Source of the DNA: an uncultured Methanosarcinaceae archaeon
Lineage (GTDB): Archaea; Halobacteriota; Methanosarcinia; Methanosarcinales; Methanosarcinaceae
Reading direction: 5' to 3'
NCBI GenBank assembly: GCA_963727895.1
Contig: CAVSHT010000009.1
Span: 372,482 to 436,481, forward strand
Length of the DNA: 64,000 nt
Positions 44,338 to 55,958 of the stretch are shown piece by piece. Position numbers and translations under genes: made by a program. Below the pieces are notes generated by a model. The model made no database searches. It saw only the letters and a list, made by a program, of their open reading frames with translations, and was not told where the DNA came from. Each line of letters begins with the position of its first letter. Position 1 is the first letter of the stretch.

Positions 44338-45612
44338 ATGGTATCTGAGGTAACACTTGAAAAATCAAAACAGATGTACGAGAAAGCAAAGACTCTTATT
44401 CCAGGTGGAGTGAGCAGTCCTGTACGTGCAATCAAGCCCTATCCTTTCTATACAGTATCAGCTAACGGTTCAAAAATAAAGGATCTTGACGGGAACGAAT
44501 ACATCGACTACTGCCTGGCTTACGGCCCTGCAATTCTTGGGCATAACCACCCTGTAATAAAAGAGGCTATTAAAACCCAACTAGATAATGGCTGGCTCTA
44601 CGGAACTCCTATTGAGCTTGAAGTAACCCTTGCAGAAAAGATTGCAGGATATTATCCCAGTATCGATATGCTCCGCTTTGTCTCTACAGGCACGGAGGCT
44701 ACAATGAGTGCTCTTCGCCTTGCCCGTGGTTTTACAGGCAGAAACAAGTTTATTAAAATTGAAGGCGGGTTTCACGGCGCCCATGATGCGGTGCTGGTAA
44801 AAGCAGGATCAGGAGCTACAACACTTGGAGAGCCAGATTCCCTTGGAATTCCTGCAGATTTCACAAAGTATACCTTGCAAGCTCCATACAATGACATCGA
44901 AACAATGTTTGAACTTGTAGAAAAAAACAAAGATGAGCTTGCTGCAGTAATCATTGAGCCTGTACTTGGAAACATAGGACCGATAACTCCTCTGCCCGGG
45001 TATCTGGAAGAACTCAGAAAGCTTACTCTGGAAAACGATGTGCTTCTCATATTCGATGAAGTTATTACTGGATTCAGGCTTGCAATGGGAGGGGCACAGG
45101 AATACTTTGGAGTTGTGCCTGATATGACTACTCTTGGGAAGATCGTAGGTGGAGGTCTTCCAATAGGGGTTTTTGGTGGCAAGAAAGAAATAATGGAAAT
45201 GATCTCTCCATCAGGACCGGTCTACCAGGCAGGAACATTTAGCGGAAGCCCCTGTTCTGTAGCTGCCGGTATTGCAGTACTTGATTATCTGGAAAAAGAA
45301 AAGATCCACGAAAAAGTTAATTCAAAAGGCGATTACATAAGGGCTGTGCTCTCTGAGATCGTTGAAGATGAAGGGCTTGATTACAGCGTATGTGGAATTG
45401 CTTCAATGTTCAAAATTTTCTTTGGAGCCGAACCTCATAATTACCAGGAAGCTCTGAAGTGCGATAAAGAAGGTTATCTTGCTTTCTTCCACAGAATGCT
45501 TGCAACTGGAATTTTCCTTCCTCCTTCGCAATTTGAGACAAACTTCGTGTCTGCAGCTCACAGTGATGAGGATATAGAAAAAACCCTAAAAGCATATACC
45601 GAAAATCTCTGA
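44338..45612 (+). CDS. hemL: Glutamate-1-semialdehyde 2,1-aminomutase
   Basis: [28 protein letters not shown] and YQAGTFSG motifs. Confidence 0.97.
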   Translation: MVSEVTLEKSKQMYEKAKTLIPGGVSSPVRAIKPYPFYTVSANGSKIKDLDGNEYIDYCLAYGPAILGHNHPVIKEAIKTQLDNGWLYGTPIELEVTLAEKIAGYYPSIDMLRFVSTGTEATMSALRLARGFTGRNKFIKIEGGFHGAHDAVLVKAGSGATTLGEPDSLGIPADFTKYTLQAPYNDIETMFELVEKNKDELAAVIIEPVLGNIGPITPLPGYLEELRKLTLENDVLLIFDEVITGFRLAMGGAQEYFGVVPDMTTLGKIVGGGLPIGVFGGKKEIMEMISPSGPVYQAGTFSGSPCSVAAGIAVLDYLEKEKIHEKVNSKGDYIRAVLSEIVEDEGLDYSVCGIASMFKIFFGAEPHNYQEALKCDKEGYLAFFHRMLATGIFLPPSQFETNFVSAAHSDEDIEKTLKAYTENL

Positions 45613-45645
45613 ACGGATTTTCATCTTTTAAAACGAGGATTCTAT

Positions 45646-46596
45646 ATGATTATAGGTACGAGGGGCAGTCAGCTTGCGCTTGCCCAGGCCAAGACTGTTG
45701 CACACCTTTTGAAAGAACAGGGCGTTGAAACAGACATAAAAATTGTAAAAACCAGTGGAGATCGATTTACTGACCGTCCTCTGCATGCAGTATCAAGCGG
45801 AGTTGGGGCTTTTGTCAGGGAACTGGATGATGTTATGCTTGCAGGGGAAATAGATATCGCTGTCCATTCCATGAAAGACATGCCAACAATTCGCCCACCA
45901 ACCCTTCCAACTGCAGCAGTTCTGAAGAGGGATACACCATTCGATATCCTGCTGACTTATGATGGGACACCCCTTGATGAACTTCCTGAGCAGTCTATTA
46001 TAGGCACCAGTTCCCTGAGAAGGGCTGCCCAGATCAAGCGCTATAGGCCTGATCTTATTACACAGGACTTAAGAGGAAATATCGATACAAGGCTCAGGAA
46101 ACTTAAAGAAGGAAAATATGACGGTATCCTTCTTGCCAAGGCAGGGCTTGAACGCATGAATTGGAAAATTGAAGGTGAGATTCTTTCTCCAGATTTCTTC
46201 TGCCCCTCTCCTAACCAGGGTACAGTTGCAGTTGTCACAAGAGCAAGCACTGAAGCGGAAGATACAGTATCCAAGCTTGACCATACTGACAGCCGAATTG
46301 CTACCGAAATAGAGCGTATATTAATATCTGAACTAGGTGGAGGCTGCACCACTCCTATAGGTTCCTATGCTGAAATTATGCCTGACAGGAAAGAAATCCA
46401 TGTGCATGCAGAAGTTCTTTCCTTAGATGGAGAGGAAACTGTCGGAATAAATGAATATATTCCTATGGCAGGAGGCGTTGAAAAAGCCAGAGAACTCGGG
46501 CGCAGCCTTGTAAATATGGGTGGAAAGAAACTGGCTGAAGATGCACTCCTCCAAATTTCCAGAGATTCGTGCGGCTCCGAGAATTTATACGAATAA
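45646..46596 (+). CDS. hemC: Hydroxymethylbilane synthase
   Basis: GTRGSQLALAQ, AVHSMKDMP, GTSSLRR, RGNIDTRL and GGGCTTP motifs. Confidence 0.97.
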   Translation: MIIGTRGSQLALAQAKTVAHLLKEQGVETDIKIVKTSGDRFTDRPLHAVSSGVGAFVRELDDVMLAGEIDIAVHSMKDMPTIRPPTLPTAAVLKRDTPFDILLTYDGTPLDELPEQSIIGTSSLRRAAQIKRYRPDLITQDLRGNIDTRLRKLKEGKYDGILLAKAGLERMNWKIEGEILSPDFFCPSPNQGTVAVVTRASTEAEDTVSKLDHTDSRIATEIERILISELGGGCTTPIGSYAEIMPDRKEIHVHAEVLSLDGEETVGINEYIPMAGGVEKARELGRSLVNMGGKKLAEDALLQISRDSCGSENLYE

Positions 46597-46623
46597 TGCT
46601 ATAGGGTCGAAGGGAGTGAGCTA

Positions 46624-47529
46624 ATGTATACTCTTACAGGAATTAAACTGAAAAATCCAACAATTCTTGCAGCCGGAGTGCTTGGAACAACCGGAGCATC
46701 TCTGTGCAGAGTTGCACATGAAGGTGGAGCAGGTGCGGTTGTAACTAAATCCATAGGTCCCACGCCTAAAACCGGGCATCATAACCCTACTATGATCCAG
46801 CTTGACTGCGGATTTTTGAATGCTATGGGGCTTCCGAATCCTTCCTATCCTGCTTTTCTTCAGGAACTCGAAATTGCAAAAAAGGATTCAGGAGTCCCAA
46901 TAATCGCAAGTATCTTCGGCGGAAGTCCTGCCGAATTTAAAGAAGTTGCCGAGGGCCTACTTCCCGGAAAACCCGATGCTTTTGAGCTTAATGTAAGCTG
47001 TCCACATGCAGAAGGGTATGGAGCTGCTGTTGGTTCTAATCCCTGTCTTGTAGAGGCAATTACAGCCGCAGTAAAAGATGCAGTTAATGTGCCTGTTTGG
47101 GTTAAACTCACTCCTAATGTTTCTGATATTACATGCATAGGAAATGCGGCTGAATCCGGAGGAGCAGATGCGGTTGTTGCAATTAATACTGTAAAAGGAA
47201 TGGCTATAGATATCGAGTCAGGGTATCCTGTCCTTGGAAATCGCTCAGGTGGACTTTCAGGAAAGGCGATTAAACCCGTAGCTGTAAAATGTATCTATGA
47301 TCTTTATACTGCCCTGGAAATTCCTGTAATAGGAGTGGGAGGTGTATCTTCCTGGCAGGATGCAGTAGAAATGATGATGGCAGGAGCTGTAGCTGTACAG
47401 GTTGGATCAGCCGTGTATGACAGGCTTGATATATTCTCTGAAATCAGTACAGGAATCGAAGCTTTCCTTCAAAAGAAAGGATATTCGGATGTAAAAGAAT
47501 TAATAGGGCTTGCCCATGAGATGGTCTAA
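46624..47529 (+). CDS. pyrD: Dihydroorotate dehydrogenase, family 1B catalytic subunit
   Basis: [25 protein letters not shown] and GGLSG motifs. Confidence 0.95.
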   Translation: MYTLTGIKLKNPTILAAGVLGTTGASLCRVAHEGGAGAVVTKSIGPTPKTGHHNPTMIQLDCGFLNAMGLPNPSYPAFLQELEIAKKDSGVPIIASIFGGSPAEFKEVAEGLLPGKPDAFELNVSCPHAEGYGAAVGSNPCLVEAITAAVKDAVNVPVWVKLTPNVSDITCIGNAAESGGADAVVAINTVKGMAIDIESGYPVLGNRSGGLSGKAIKPVAVKCIYDLYTALEIPVIGVGGVSSWQDAVEMMMAGAVAVQVGSAVYDRLDIFSEISTGIEAFLQKKGYSDVKELIGLAHEMV

Positions 47530-48308
47530 TGCTTCCTCTTAATGCTACAATAGTACGGATTAATGAAGAGTCACCTTCAGTCAGGACTTTTTTCTTTGAT
47601 CCTTATTTTGAGATTATGAAGCCCGGCCAATTTGTAATGGTCTGGATTAGAGGTGTGGATGAGATACCTATGGGCCTCTCAAATCAGAACTCCATAACTG
47701 TTCAAAAAGTGGGAGAGGCAACTTCAAAACTTTTAGAGTTAAAAGAAGGAGATTCCTTTGGGCTCAGAGGCCCATTTGGAAGAGGATTTTTCCTGCCTTC
47801 GAAGGGAGAAAAAACTCTGGTAATTGCGGGGGGGGTTGGAGCTGCTCCTCTTGCTCCTTATGCTGAGGCAGCCCATAATGCAGGCTCGGAAGTGCATACG
47901 GTTCTTGGAGCGCGGAGCGAAAACGACCTGATTTTTGAAGAACGCTTTGCAGCAGCAGGAAATATATATATTTCTACTGATGACGGATCAAAAGGGAAAA
48001 AAGGCTTTGTAACAGATGTACTTACCGACCTCAAACTATCTGTTTATGACAAAATTGCAGTCTGCGGACCAGAAATAATGATGGCTTCGGTTTTCAGACT
48101 CCTTGAAAACAGAAAAGTCCTTGAAAAATCTGAGTTTAGCCTTCACCGTTATTTCAAATGCGGCATAGGAGTCTGCGGTGCATGCTGTATAGATAAAATA
48201 GGGCTCAGAGTTTGTAAGGATGGACCTGTGTTTTCAGGAATGCAACTTCTTGACTCAGAACTTGGGAAATATATGCGGGATGCCAGTGGGCGAAGAGTTA
48301 AAATTTAA
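47529..48308 (+). CDS. pyrK: Dihydroorotate dehydrogenase electron transfer subunit
   Basis: [23 protein letters not shown] and CGIGVCGAC...VCKDGPVF (2Fe-2S) motifs. Confidence 0.94.
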   Translation: MLPLNATIVRINEESPSVRTFFFDPYFEIMKPGQFVMVWIRGVDEIPMGLSNQNSITVQKVGEATSKLLELKEGDSFGLRGPFGRGFFLPSKGEKTLVIAGGVGAAPLAPYAEAAHNAGSEVHTVLGARSENDLIFEERFAAAGNIYISTDDGSKGKKGFVTDVLTDLKLSVYDKIAVCGPEIMMASVFRLLENRKVLEKSEFSLHRYFKCGIGVCGACCIDKIGLRVCKDGPVFSGMQLLDSELGKYMRDASGRRVKI

Positions 48309-48384
48309 GTTTGAATATAATCCCTTTAAAAAATAAAGAAAAGCGCACGGCAAACTATCTCGAAAAATAGGAGAAGAAACAAAT

Positions 48385-49119
48385 ATGATTGGAAGGTTTA
48401 GATTAGGGGATGAAATTTTTTATGGAGAAATAGAAAATGAAAATGTGTATCCAAAAGGTGGAGTCCTCACAGGAGTTTTTAATCTTTCGGAACTTCGCGT
48501 CCTTCCACCTGCGCCTCCTTCCAAAATCGTATGTGTGGGATTGAACTATCGGGATCACGCTGAAGAGATGAATATGGAAATCCCGGAAAACCCTGTTCTT
48601 TTTTTAAAGCCTCCGTCAGCAGTTATAGGACATGAAGATAAAATAATTTATCCAGCATCTAGCTCTAAAGTAGAGTATGAAGCTGAACTTGCATTCATTA
48701 TTGGTAAACGTTGTAAGAATATCCCAGCCTCAAAGGCTATAGATGTAATTGCAGGTTATACCTGCTTTAATGATATAACTGCCCGGGACCTCCAGCAAAA
48801 AGATGGCCAGTGGACAAGAGCAAAGAGTTTTGATACTTTTGCAGCTATCGGGCCTTATCTTGCTTATCATGACGAAATTGATATTACGGATGCAAAAATT
48901 GTATCCAGAGTAAATGGGGAAATCAAGCAGGATTCCAACACTTCAAACCTTATTTTTGATATTTCTTACCTTGTTGAATTCATTAGTGAGATCATGACCC
49001 TGGAAGTAGGAGATGTTATTGCTACAGGAACGCCTCCAGGGGTTGGAGAAATCCAGCGTGGAGACATTGTAGAAGTTGAGGTTCAAGGAATCGGAACACT
49101 TAGAAACGAGGTTGTTTGA
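48385..49119 (+). CDS. Fumarylacetoacetate hydrolase family protein
   Basis: KIVCVGLNY, YEAEL, NDITARDLQ, KSFDTF and GDVIATGTPPGVG motifs. Confidence 0.92.
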   Translation: MIGRFRLGDEIFYGEIENENVYPKGGVLTGVFNLSELRVLPPAPPSKIVCVGLNYRDHAEEMNMEIPENPVLFLKPPSAVIGHEDKIIYPASSSKVEYEAELAFIIGKRCKNIPASKAIDVIAGYTCFNDITARDLQQKDGQWTRAKSFDTFAAIGPYLAYHDEIDITDAKIVSRVNGEIKQDSNTSNLIFDISYLVEFISEIMTLEVGDVIATGTPPGVGEIQRGDIVEVEVQGIGTLRNEVV

Positions 49120-49424
49120 TGCTGCTTGAGAATATTATAAATGAACTTGACCTTACAGAGCGCCATCTTCTGGTTCTCAAAAAAGTAATTGAAGAAGCCC
49201 CAATCGGAATCCTGAAACTTGCAGAGGTTACCGGAATGCAGAACCATAAAGTACGTTACTCTCTAAGGGTTCTTGAACAAGCTAACCTTATCAAGCCATC
49301 TGCTCAAGGAGCTGTGCCCGGGGATGCAGCTCCTATATTCCTGGAGAATTTTCAGCAAGAGATTGAAAAAATCAATGATAAAATATCTCGCATCCGGGAA
49401 ATTGAAGCTTCTATCCCAAAATAA
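49119..49424 (+). CDS. Conserved archaeal winged-helix protein
   Basis: PIGILKLAEVTG...HKVRYSLRVLEQ wHTH pattern; translationally coupled to the upstream gene (TGATG). Confidence 0.7.
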   Translation: MLLENIINELDLTERHLLVLKKVIEEAPIGILKLAEVTGMQNHKVRYSLRVLEQANLIKPSAQGAVPGDAAPIFLENFQQEIEKINDKISRIREIEASIPK

Positions 49425-49746
49425 GACCCACGTTCATAGTATTGACAAAAAAATTGTCTTTATTTCTCTAATTTTTAGTTTCTTTTATCTATACTACTTT
49501 CCATAGTCCTTTTGAGACTCGTTTTCCTTTTTTGTAGGAGTTAATGGTCTCTATCTGAATGTTAACTTTAATAGTTATTGAACTTTTCAAGGATTCTTTT
49601 CTACGTTTATGCTAAAATATCACTTTCTGCGCAGATTGGTTTCGAGTCTATTTACACTATATAAATCATTTTATAGCAAAAACATAGAATATAATATTAA
49701 AAAGAAAAAAATTAAAAATAAATTTTAAGTTTTGTTATTAGTTATT

Positions 49747-49876
49747 GAGCCGATCCCAAAACTCAAAATTATGTATTTAGATATTGAATTTGCAATCATC
49801 ACTTGATCTTTGGATTATGAAAGCAATACTGAAAATTTTATGATTTAGAGAATAAAGTTGGTTTTGGGATGGCCTC
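49747..49876. mobile_element. MITE-like element (~130 bp), copy 2
   Basis: Imperfect TIRs GAGCCGATCCCAAAAC and GTTTTGGGATGGCCTC; internal sequence aligns by eye with 15816-15948. Confidence 0.72.
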
Positions 49877-49907
49877 ATGATATAGAAAAAGGACAGGATG
49901 AGGACTT

Positions 49908-51368
49908 ATGGGAACTAACAAAAAATTATATTCAGTAACCCTAGCTTCAATAACCCTGATATTATTTTTAACTCTAATTTCATCTACGGCTTCTGCAGCT
50001 TCTCCTATAATCACTGAAACTCGGATTACAACAAATCCATCAAATTCAGAAAATCCTGTTATCTATGGAAACAACATAGTGTGGCAGGATGACCGCAATG
50101 GAAACTGGGACATCTATATATTTAATCTTTCCACAAAAGAGCAGATTCATACTACCAATACGGCAAGTCGGGTATCGCCTGATATCTACGGAAACAAGGT
50201 AGTATGGGAAGACGAGCGTAATGGAGGACATGATATCTATTTGCAAGATCTCGCTACTAAAAAACAGACTCGAATCACCACAAGCGGGGAAGCATACAGT
50301 CCCAAAATTTACAGTAACACTATAGTATGGCAAGATAACCGCAGTGGAAATATGAGTATCTACATGTACGATTTGTCAACTAAGACGGAAACAAAGATAA
50401 ATACCGGTAGGGCAGCATATAATCCTGATATAAATGGTCACAGAATAGTGTGGGTGGATAGAGATGGTTGGCCAGAACTCGCCATGTATGATATATCGAC
50501 CCATAAAGTAACTTTACTTGGTAATGATTATTTATATAATGCTAAAATCTTTGGTGATAAGATAGTAATTCAAACAGATCCCGATAATATTGCCATGTAT
50601 GATTTATCTACCTCCACAGTTACTACACTTGTTCCATATGATACAGATTATGCCCTTGCTATTTACGGTGATAAGGTAGCTTATACATGGACTGATCGTA
50701 TGGGTGTAAATGAGGTATGGATGTATGATATCTCCACTAGTATCAACACTCAGATTTCCAAAAGTGAATCAGCATCATTTCCTGACGTTTATGATAACAG
50801 GATAGTTTGGCAAGATTCTCGTAATGGAAACTGGGATATCTACATGGCTACTCTCAGTTCAAAAAGCGTTGTAGCTGCGTTTTCTGCATCCCCTACTATC
50901 GGATATGCGCCTATGAAGGTAACATTTACTGACAAGAGTACAGGATCACCAACTTCATGGAAATGGAGTTTTGGAGACGGAACATATTCAACGACCAAGA
51001 ATCCAACACATACATATTCTGAAGCCGGAAAATACACTGTTAGCTTAACAGTAAAGAATGATGCTGGAAGCAACATGACAGCGAAAAAGAATTACATAAA
51101 TGTTGCAACATTAAAAGCTCCTATTGCTGCGTTTTCGGCATCTATAAGATCAGGAAAAGCTCCATTAAAGGTTCAATTTACGGATAAAAGTGCCAATAGT
51201 CCAACTTCATGGAAATGGGGTTTTGGAGATGGAACATATTCAACAGCCAAGAATCCAGTACACAAGTACAGTAAAGTAGGAAAATATACTGTTAGCTTAA
51301 CAGTAAAAAATGCGAAAGGAAGCAATACTAAAAACATATCTGGATATATTACAGTAAAAAGCAAGTGA
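49908..51368 (+). CDS. Cell-surface protein: signal peptide, TolB-like beta-propeller repeats, two PKD domains
   Basis: N-terminal hydrophobic signal, repeated PxIYGNxIVWQDxRNGNWDIY units, and two FTDKS..PTSWKWSFGDG PKD repeats. Confidence 0.9.
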   Translation: MGTNKKLYSVTLASITLILFLTLISSTASAASPIITETRITTNPSNSENPVIYGNNIVWQDDRNGNWDIYIFNLSTKEQIHTTNTASRVSPDIYGNKVVWEDERNGGHDIYLQDLATKKQTRITTSGEAYSPKIYSNTIVWQDNRSGNMSIYMYDLSTKTETKINTGRAAYNPDINGHRIVWVDRDGWPELAMYDISTHKVTLLGNDYLYNAKIFGDKIVIQTDPDNIAMYDLSTSTVTTLVPYDTDYALAIYGDKVAYTWTDRMGVNEVWMYDISTSINTQISKSESASFPDVYDNRIVWQDSRNGNWDIYMATLSSKSVVAAFSASPTIGYAPMKVTFTDKSTGSPTSWKWSFGDGTYSTTKNPTHTYSEAGKYTVSLTVKNDAGSNMTAKKNYINVATLKAPIAAFSASIRSGKAPLKVQFTDKSANSPTSWKWGFGDGTYSTAKNPVHKYSKVGKYTVSLTVKNAKGSNTKNISGYITVKSK

Positions 51369-51836
51369 ATGTTGTAAATTCAAACAATAAAAAGTAAAGT
51401 CAGACAGGAGTGGGAGGGTTATTTATTTGCTGACTTTTATCATATGGAATAGTATTTTGAGACAAAAATGTCAATGGCAAACCTTACTAGTATGTAGTAG
51501 AGTCTGTTAGAATTAGTGGGAAGGCAAAAACTATTTTTCAGGTTTACTGGATAGTACAGAAAAAAAACACTTGAAATGAAAAAGCAATCTGAATTAATGC
51601 TAAATTAATTATTGAATTTTTTAGATGGATTTATTGTATCTTGGAAAGAAACTAAATACTTTAACACAATTTTTGAGTAATATCCAGAAATCCGCCAACG
51701 ATTAATATTTTGAAAATATGACATATCGTCGTTTGTTAGATTCAGTAATTAAGTATATATAAATTATACAATTGATCATATTTTATTGTTGGATCTAATT
51801 CTGAATATAAATAATAAGTATTTGGGAGAAGCTTCT

Positions 51837-53552
51837 ATGACCTTAAGTCCTGAAGACCTTAAAACAATTAAAAAATATGCTTATCAAAATGCTGTAAAAT
51901 ACGGAAAAGCTCCCCAACCCAAAGCTGTAATGGGAAAAGTTATGGGTGAGTGTCCACAACTCAGATCCGACCCAAATGCAGTATCTGAGGCTCTTGAAAC
52001 TATTATTCCCGAAATTGCAAAAGGAAATCCTGAAACCTGGGAGGCAACGCTTTCAGAAATTGCCCCTGAGCTTATTGAAGCTCTTAGTGTAAAAAAAGAG
52101 CCTGATAAAGGATTAAAACCTCTTGAAGGAGCAGAAAACGGAAAAGTTGTAATGCGCTTTGCCCCGAATCCAAACGGTCCCGGAACCCTTGGAAGCTCAA
52201 GAGGCATGATAGTTAATTCCAAATACGTGAAAATGTACGGAGGAAAATTTGTCCTGCGTTTCGATGATACCGATCCTGATATAAAACGACCTATGCTTGA
52301 AGCTTATAACTGGTATCTCGATGACTTCAAATGGCTTGGAGTAGTGCCTGATCAGGTAGTCTATGCCTCTGATCATTTCCCTATCTATTACGATTACGCA
52401 AGAAAACTTATTGAGATGGGCAAGGCTTATGTTTGTTTTTGTACTGGAGCTGATTTTAAAAAATATAAGGATGCAAAGCAGGCCTGCCCTCATAGGGATA
52501 CCAGCCCTGAAGAAAATCTGATGCACTGGGGAAAAATGCTTGCCGGAGAATATGAAGACCAACAAGCAGTCCTGAGAATCAAAACTGATATAAAGCACAA
52601 AGATCCAGCTTTAAGGGACTGGGGAGCCTTCAGGATAAGAAAGATGTCTCATCCTCGTCCTGAGATTGGGAACAAATACATTGTCTGGCCACTTCTTGAT
52701 TTTGCAGGCGCTATTGAAGACCACGAACTGGGCATGACCCACATCATCCGCGGAAAAGACCTTATAGACAGCGAAAAGCGACAGGGGTATGTCTATAAAT
52801 ACTTTGGGTGGACGTACCCAAGAACAACCCACTGGGGCAGGGTCAAAATCCATGAATTCGGAAAGTTCAGCACAAGTACCCTGAGAAAAGCTATTGAAGC
52901 AGGTGAATACAGCGGCTGGGATGATCCGAGGCTTCCAACAATCCGCGCAATCCGCCGCCGTGGGATTCAGGCTGAAGCCCTCAAAAAGTTCATGATCGAA
53001 ATGGGGGTTGGAATGACTGACGTCAGCATAAGCATGGAGTCACTCTATGCTGAAAACCGCAAAATTGTAGACCCTATTGCAAACCGTTATTTCTTTGTTT
53101 GGAATCCAATAGAACTGGAAATTACAGATGTAGAGCCGACAGTTGCTAAAGTTCCTCTTCACCCTACTGACCATGCAAGAGGATTTAGGGAAATTGCCAC
53201 AGGAAATAAAGTGCTAATCTGCACAGAAGATGTTGAAAAACTGGATATAGGCTCTGTTATCCGCTTAAAAGACTCCTGCAATATCGAAATCACCTCACTT
53301 TCTCCACTTCAGGCAAAGCTCTCCGACGTTTCTCTTGAAGCCCTTAAAAAAGCAAAAACGAAGATTATACACTGGGTTCCAACTGACGGAATAAATGTGA
53401 AAGTACGCGGCCCTGAAGGAGATCTCAATGGAATCGGTGAACGCGGAATTACAACCGAACTTGATAAGATCATACAGTTTGAACGCTTTGGTTTTTGCAG
53501 GATCGACGCCATAAGTGAAGAAGAAGTTGTAGCGTATTTCGCTCATAAGTGA
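51837..53552 (+). CDS. gltX: Glutamyl-tRNA synthetase
   Basis: MRFAPNPNGP, LRFDDTDP, THIIRGKD, GWDDPRLPT and QFERFGF motifs; GGGAGA RBS before the ATG at 51837. Confidence 0.95.
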   Translation: MTLSPEDLKTIKKYAYQNAVKYGKAPQPKAVMGKVMGECPQLRSDPNAVSEALETIIPEIAKGNPETWEATLSEIAPELIEALSVKKEPDKGLKPLEGAENGKVVMRFAPNPNGPGTLGSSRGMIVNSKYVKMYGGKFVLRFDDTDPDIKRPMLEAYNWYLDDFKWLGVVPDQVVYASDHFPIYYDYARKLIEMGKAYVCFCTGADFKKYKDAKQACPHRDTSPEENLMHWGKMLAGEYEDQQAVLRIKTDIKHKDPALRDWGAFRIRKMSHPRPEIGNKYIVWPLLDFAGAIEDHELGMTHIIRGKDLIDSEKRQGYVYKYFGWTYPRTTHWGRVKIHEFGKFSTSTLRKAIEAGEYSGWDDPRLPTIRAIRRRGIQAEALKKFMIEMGVGMTDVSISMESLYAENRKIVDPIANRYFFVWNPIELEITDVEPTVAKVPLHPTDHARGFREIATGNKVLICTEDVEKLDIGSVIRLKDSCNIEITSLSPLQAKLSDVSLEALKKAKTKIIHWVPTDGINVKVRGPEGDLNGIGERGITTELDKIIQFERFGFCRIDAISEEEVVAYFAHK

Positions 53553-54298
53553 TTTTTAGAAGAATAAAAGGATAATTATCAGTCCTTTTTCTTTTACTTA
53601 CATTCCATTAACTTTTTTGTTTTTTCCATTACTGAAAAAGATCAGTACCTTTATAAAGATAGCAAAAAGATTCCTTTTTGATTTTAAAAGTGAGTTACAT
53701 ATTTATTAAAGATTCAAGAAGTTAATATAAGAAGAAATCTAGCAAATAATGTTATTTTCCCGGAAAAATTATGATTATTTTAGAGTATAACATATTGAAT
53801 TTTTTTCAAAAAATACAAAGATATTTTATAATATGACTTGTATAAACCATAGATGTCAACTTGGAAAATAAACAAAAAGAAAATATAATCTTTTTATAAA
53901 AGTTGACCTGGTTAGAAGCCGTAATTAATGAAATAGAAGATTGGCCAAAAAGAATAACATATGTGGTCAGTGACATATTTTGAGTTACAGAAGATAAGCT
54001 TCTAACATCCAATACACTTCCAATGACTTATCCCTATAATGTGATTGGAGAGTGGAACTCTGTGTGTAAATGTGTAGTCCCACACAAATCACAGAGAACC
54101 GAATTGGATAGATTCGAAAATATTACGCAGACGTAATTAGAATCTTTGAATTACCGTATAGAGCCGACATAATTAGATATTTGATACAAATTCGGTCTAA
54201 TTAGATAGTTCGGAAAAACATTACGGGTAACGTAATATGGAATTTTGAGAAATATATGGGAAAATGTATAGATTGTCATGGAATTTTTGAGTTTAATC

Positions 54299-54528
54299 AA
54301 ATTCTAAGTCCAACTCAAGGTTATACGATGCTAAAAAAGAATTCAGGAACCCTATTCCTGATAAAAGGTCTTATTTTAACAACCGTACATGCTTTGGGAA
54401 AAATATACTGTAACTCTATGAAGTCTCAAATTCACTCAAATTCCAAACCCAACCCAAAGGTGATACGATGCTAAAAAGACAGATAGGAACCCTATTCCTA
54501 GTAACATGCCTTATTTTAACAACCGTAC
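54299..54528 (+). repeat. Diverged direct duplication (~90 bp, period 140) of the RBS/signal-peptide region of the downstream gene
   Basis: ATACGATGCTAAAAA...AGGAACCCTATTCCT...CTTATTTTAACAACCGTAC occurs with its ATG at 54328 and again at 54468. Confidence 0.8.
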
Positions 54529-55438
54529 CCGCGGCGTTAGGCGCACAGAATTCAATAACTGTAAGTCCGACATCTGGGTCCGATGCCCAGACTGCAATAA
54601 ATAATGCAATAAATTCCGTAGCCTCAGGAGCAACATCAAGTAATCCTGGATATGTTCTCCTCAGTGCTGGCACTTATAAGATAAGTGCACCTATAGTTTT
54701 AAAATCCAATGTAGTACTGAAAGGTGCAGGCGATGATACAGTAATCTTTGCTAGCGGTTCAGTTTGTAACTCTGATGGATCACCTGCATATATATTCGGA
54801 TCAGGTGTTTCTAACGTTGAAGTATGTAATCTTCAATTCAAAAGTGCAGCAACGGGAACTGGTGATGGAGGTCACGGAGACTATAGAAACTGCATAAAAT
54901 TCACGTCTATCGAGTGATAGTAAAGTACATGATATTTCATTCACGCGCTATCTGTACGGTGATGGTGTCAGAATCAGTAAAAGTTCTGGAATTGAAATAT
55001 ATAATTGCAGAATGCATTCCGTAGGACACGACGGTGTCTCATTCTTATCAGGCACTAAGGATTCCAGAATGTATAACTGTGATGTTGAGGTCCAAACTAA
55101 TACAGGTGTCAGGATGGACAGCGCCGCAAATATTGAAGTTGGACCATAATACCTTTTCAGGTAGTGCCGGGTCTGGTTGGTGCTGCGTTGAGCTGGAAAA
55201 TTCACTGACAAATGCGAATGTCCATCACAACATTATGCATGATTTCAAAGGATCAAGCAGCAGTGCAGGCGTTGGAAACATTCATGCAAGTGGTTCGATT
55301 AGCGTCCATGACAACGTTATGTGGGGTGTGTCGCCTTACATTCAGGTAGGATCAGGCTCGAATACATTAGGACCATCTGATCACAATGTTGATAACTGGG
55401 TAGCCAAAGGATATGGCTACGGTTCTTCTGACAACTAA
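54468..55438 (+). pseudogene. Secreted right-handed beta-helix (pectin lyase-like / disaggregatase-related) protein with two +1 frameshifts
   Basis: Signal peptide and INNAI...AGTYKISAPIVLKSNVVLKGAG. Reading continues as SDSKVHDISFTRYLYGDGVRI... after a shift at ~54910 and as DHNTFSGSAGSGWCCVEL... after a shift at ~55141. Confidence 0.82.
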
Positions 55439-55958
55439 TTCAACAAACACGATGGAACATTTCAACATTAAGAGTCCATTTTAGAGTACAGGACAGAATC
55501 GTATGATTAAAATGGTTCGATTTTTACAGAACCAATGCCGTAAATGAAGAAGAAGTTGTGGTTTAATTTGCCATGAATAAGTACCTGGAAGATGGAGAAT
55601 AGGAAACCATTCTTTATTCTCCCTAAATTTATTTTTGCCTTTCCTTTTTTCTGAGATTTATTGATCACGCATGATAAAAAGCCACCAGGTTTGTTTAGTA
55701 GATTTAAAGCTTGGTATTAATACAATTTTCAAAAATTGACCTTATATTTAATACGTTAACGCTTTTAAATCGAATTCGAATCTCTTAATTTTTTATTCCA
55801 TTTTTTTACTAACAATCTGAGATAAATAAATATTCACCTTTGTCAGGCTCCGTTTTTTAGGGAAATTATCTTTCAAATTATATGATTATTATAAAAATAA
55901 GATTAAAAAGAGAAAATTTAAAAACTGACATGAAATTCAAATTATTAACATTTTTCAG

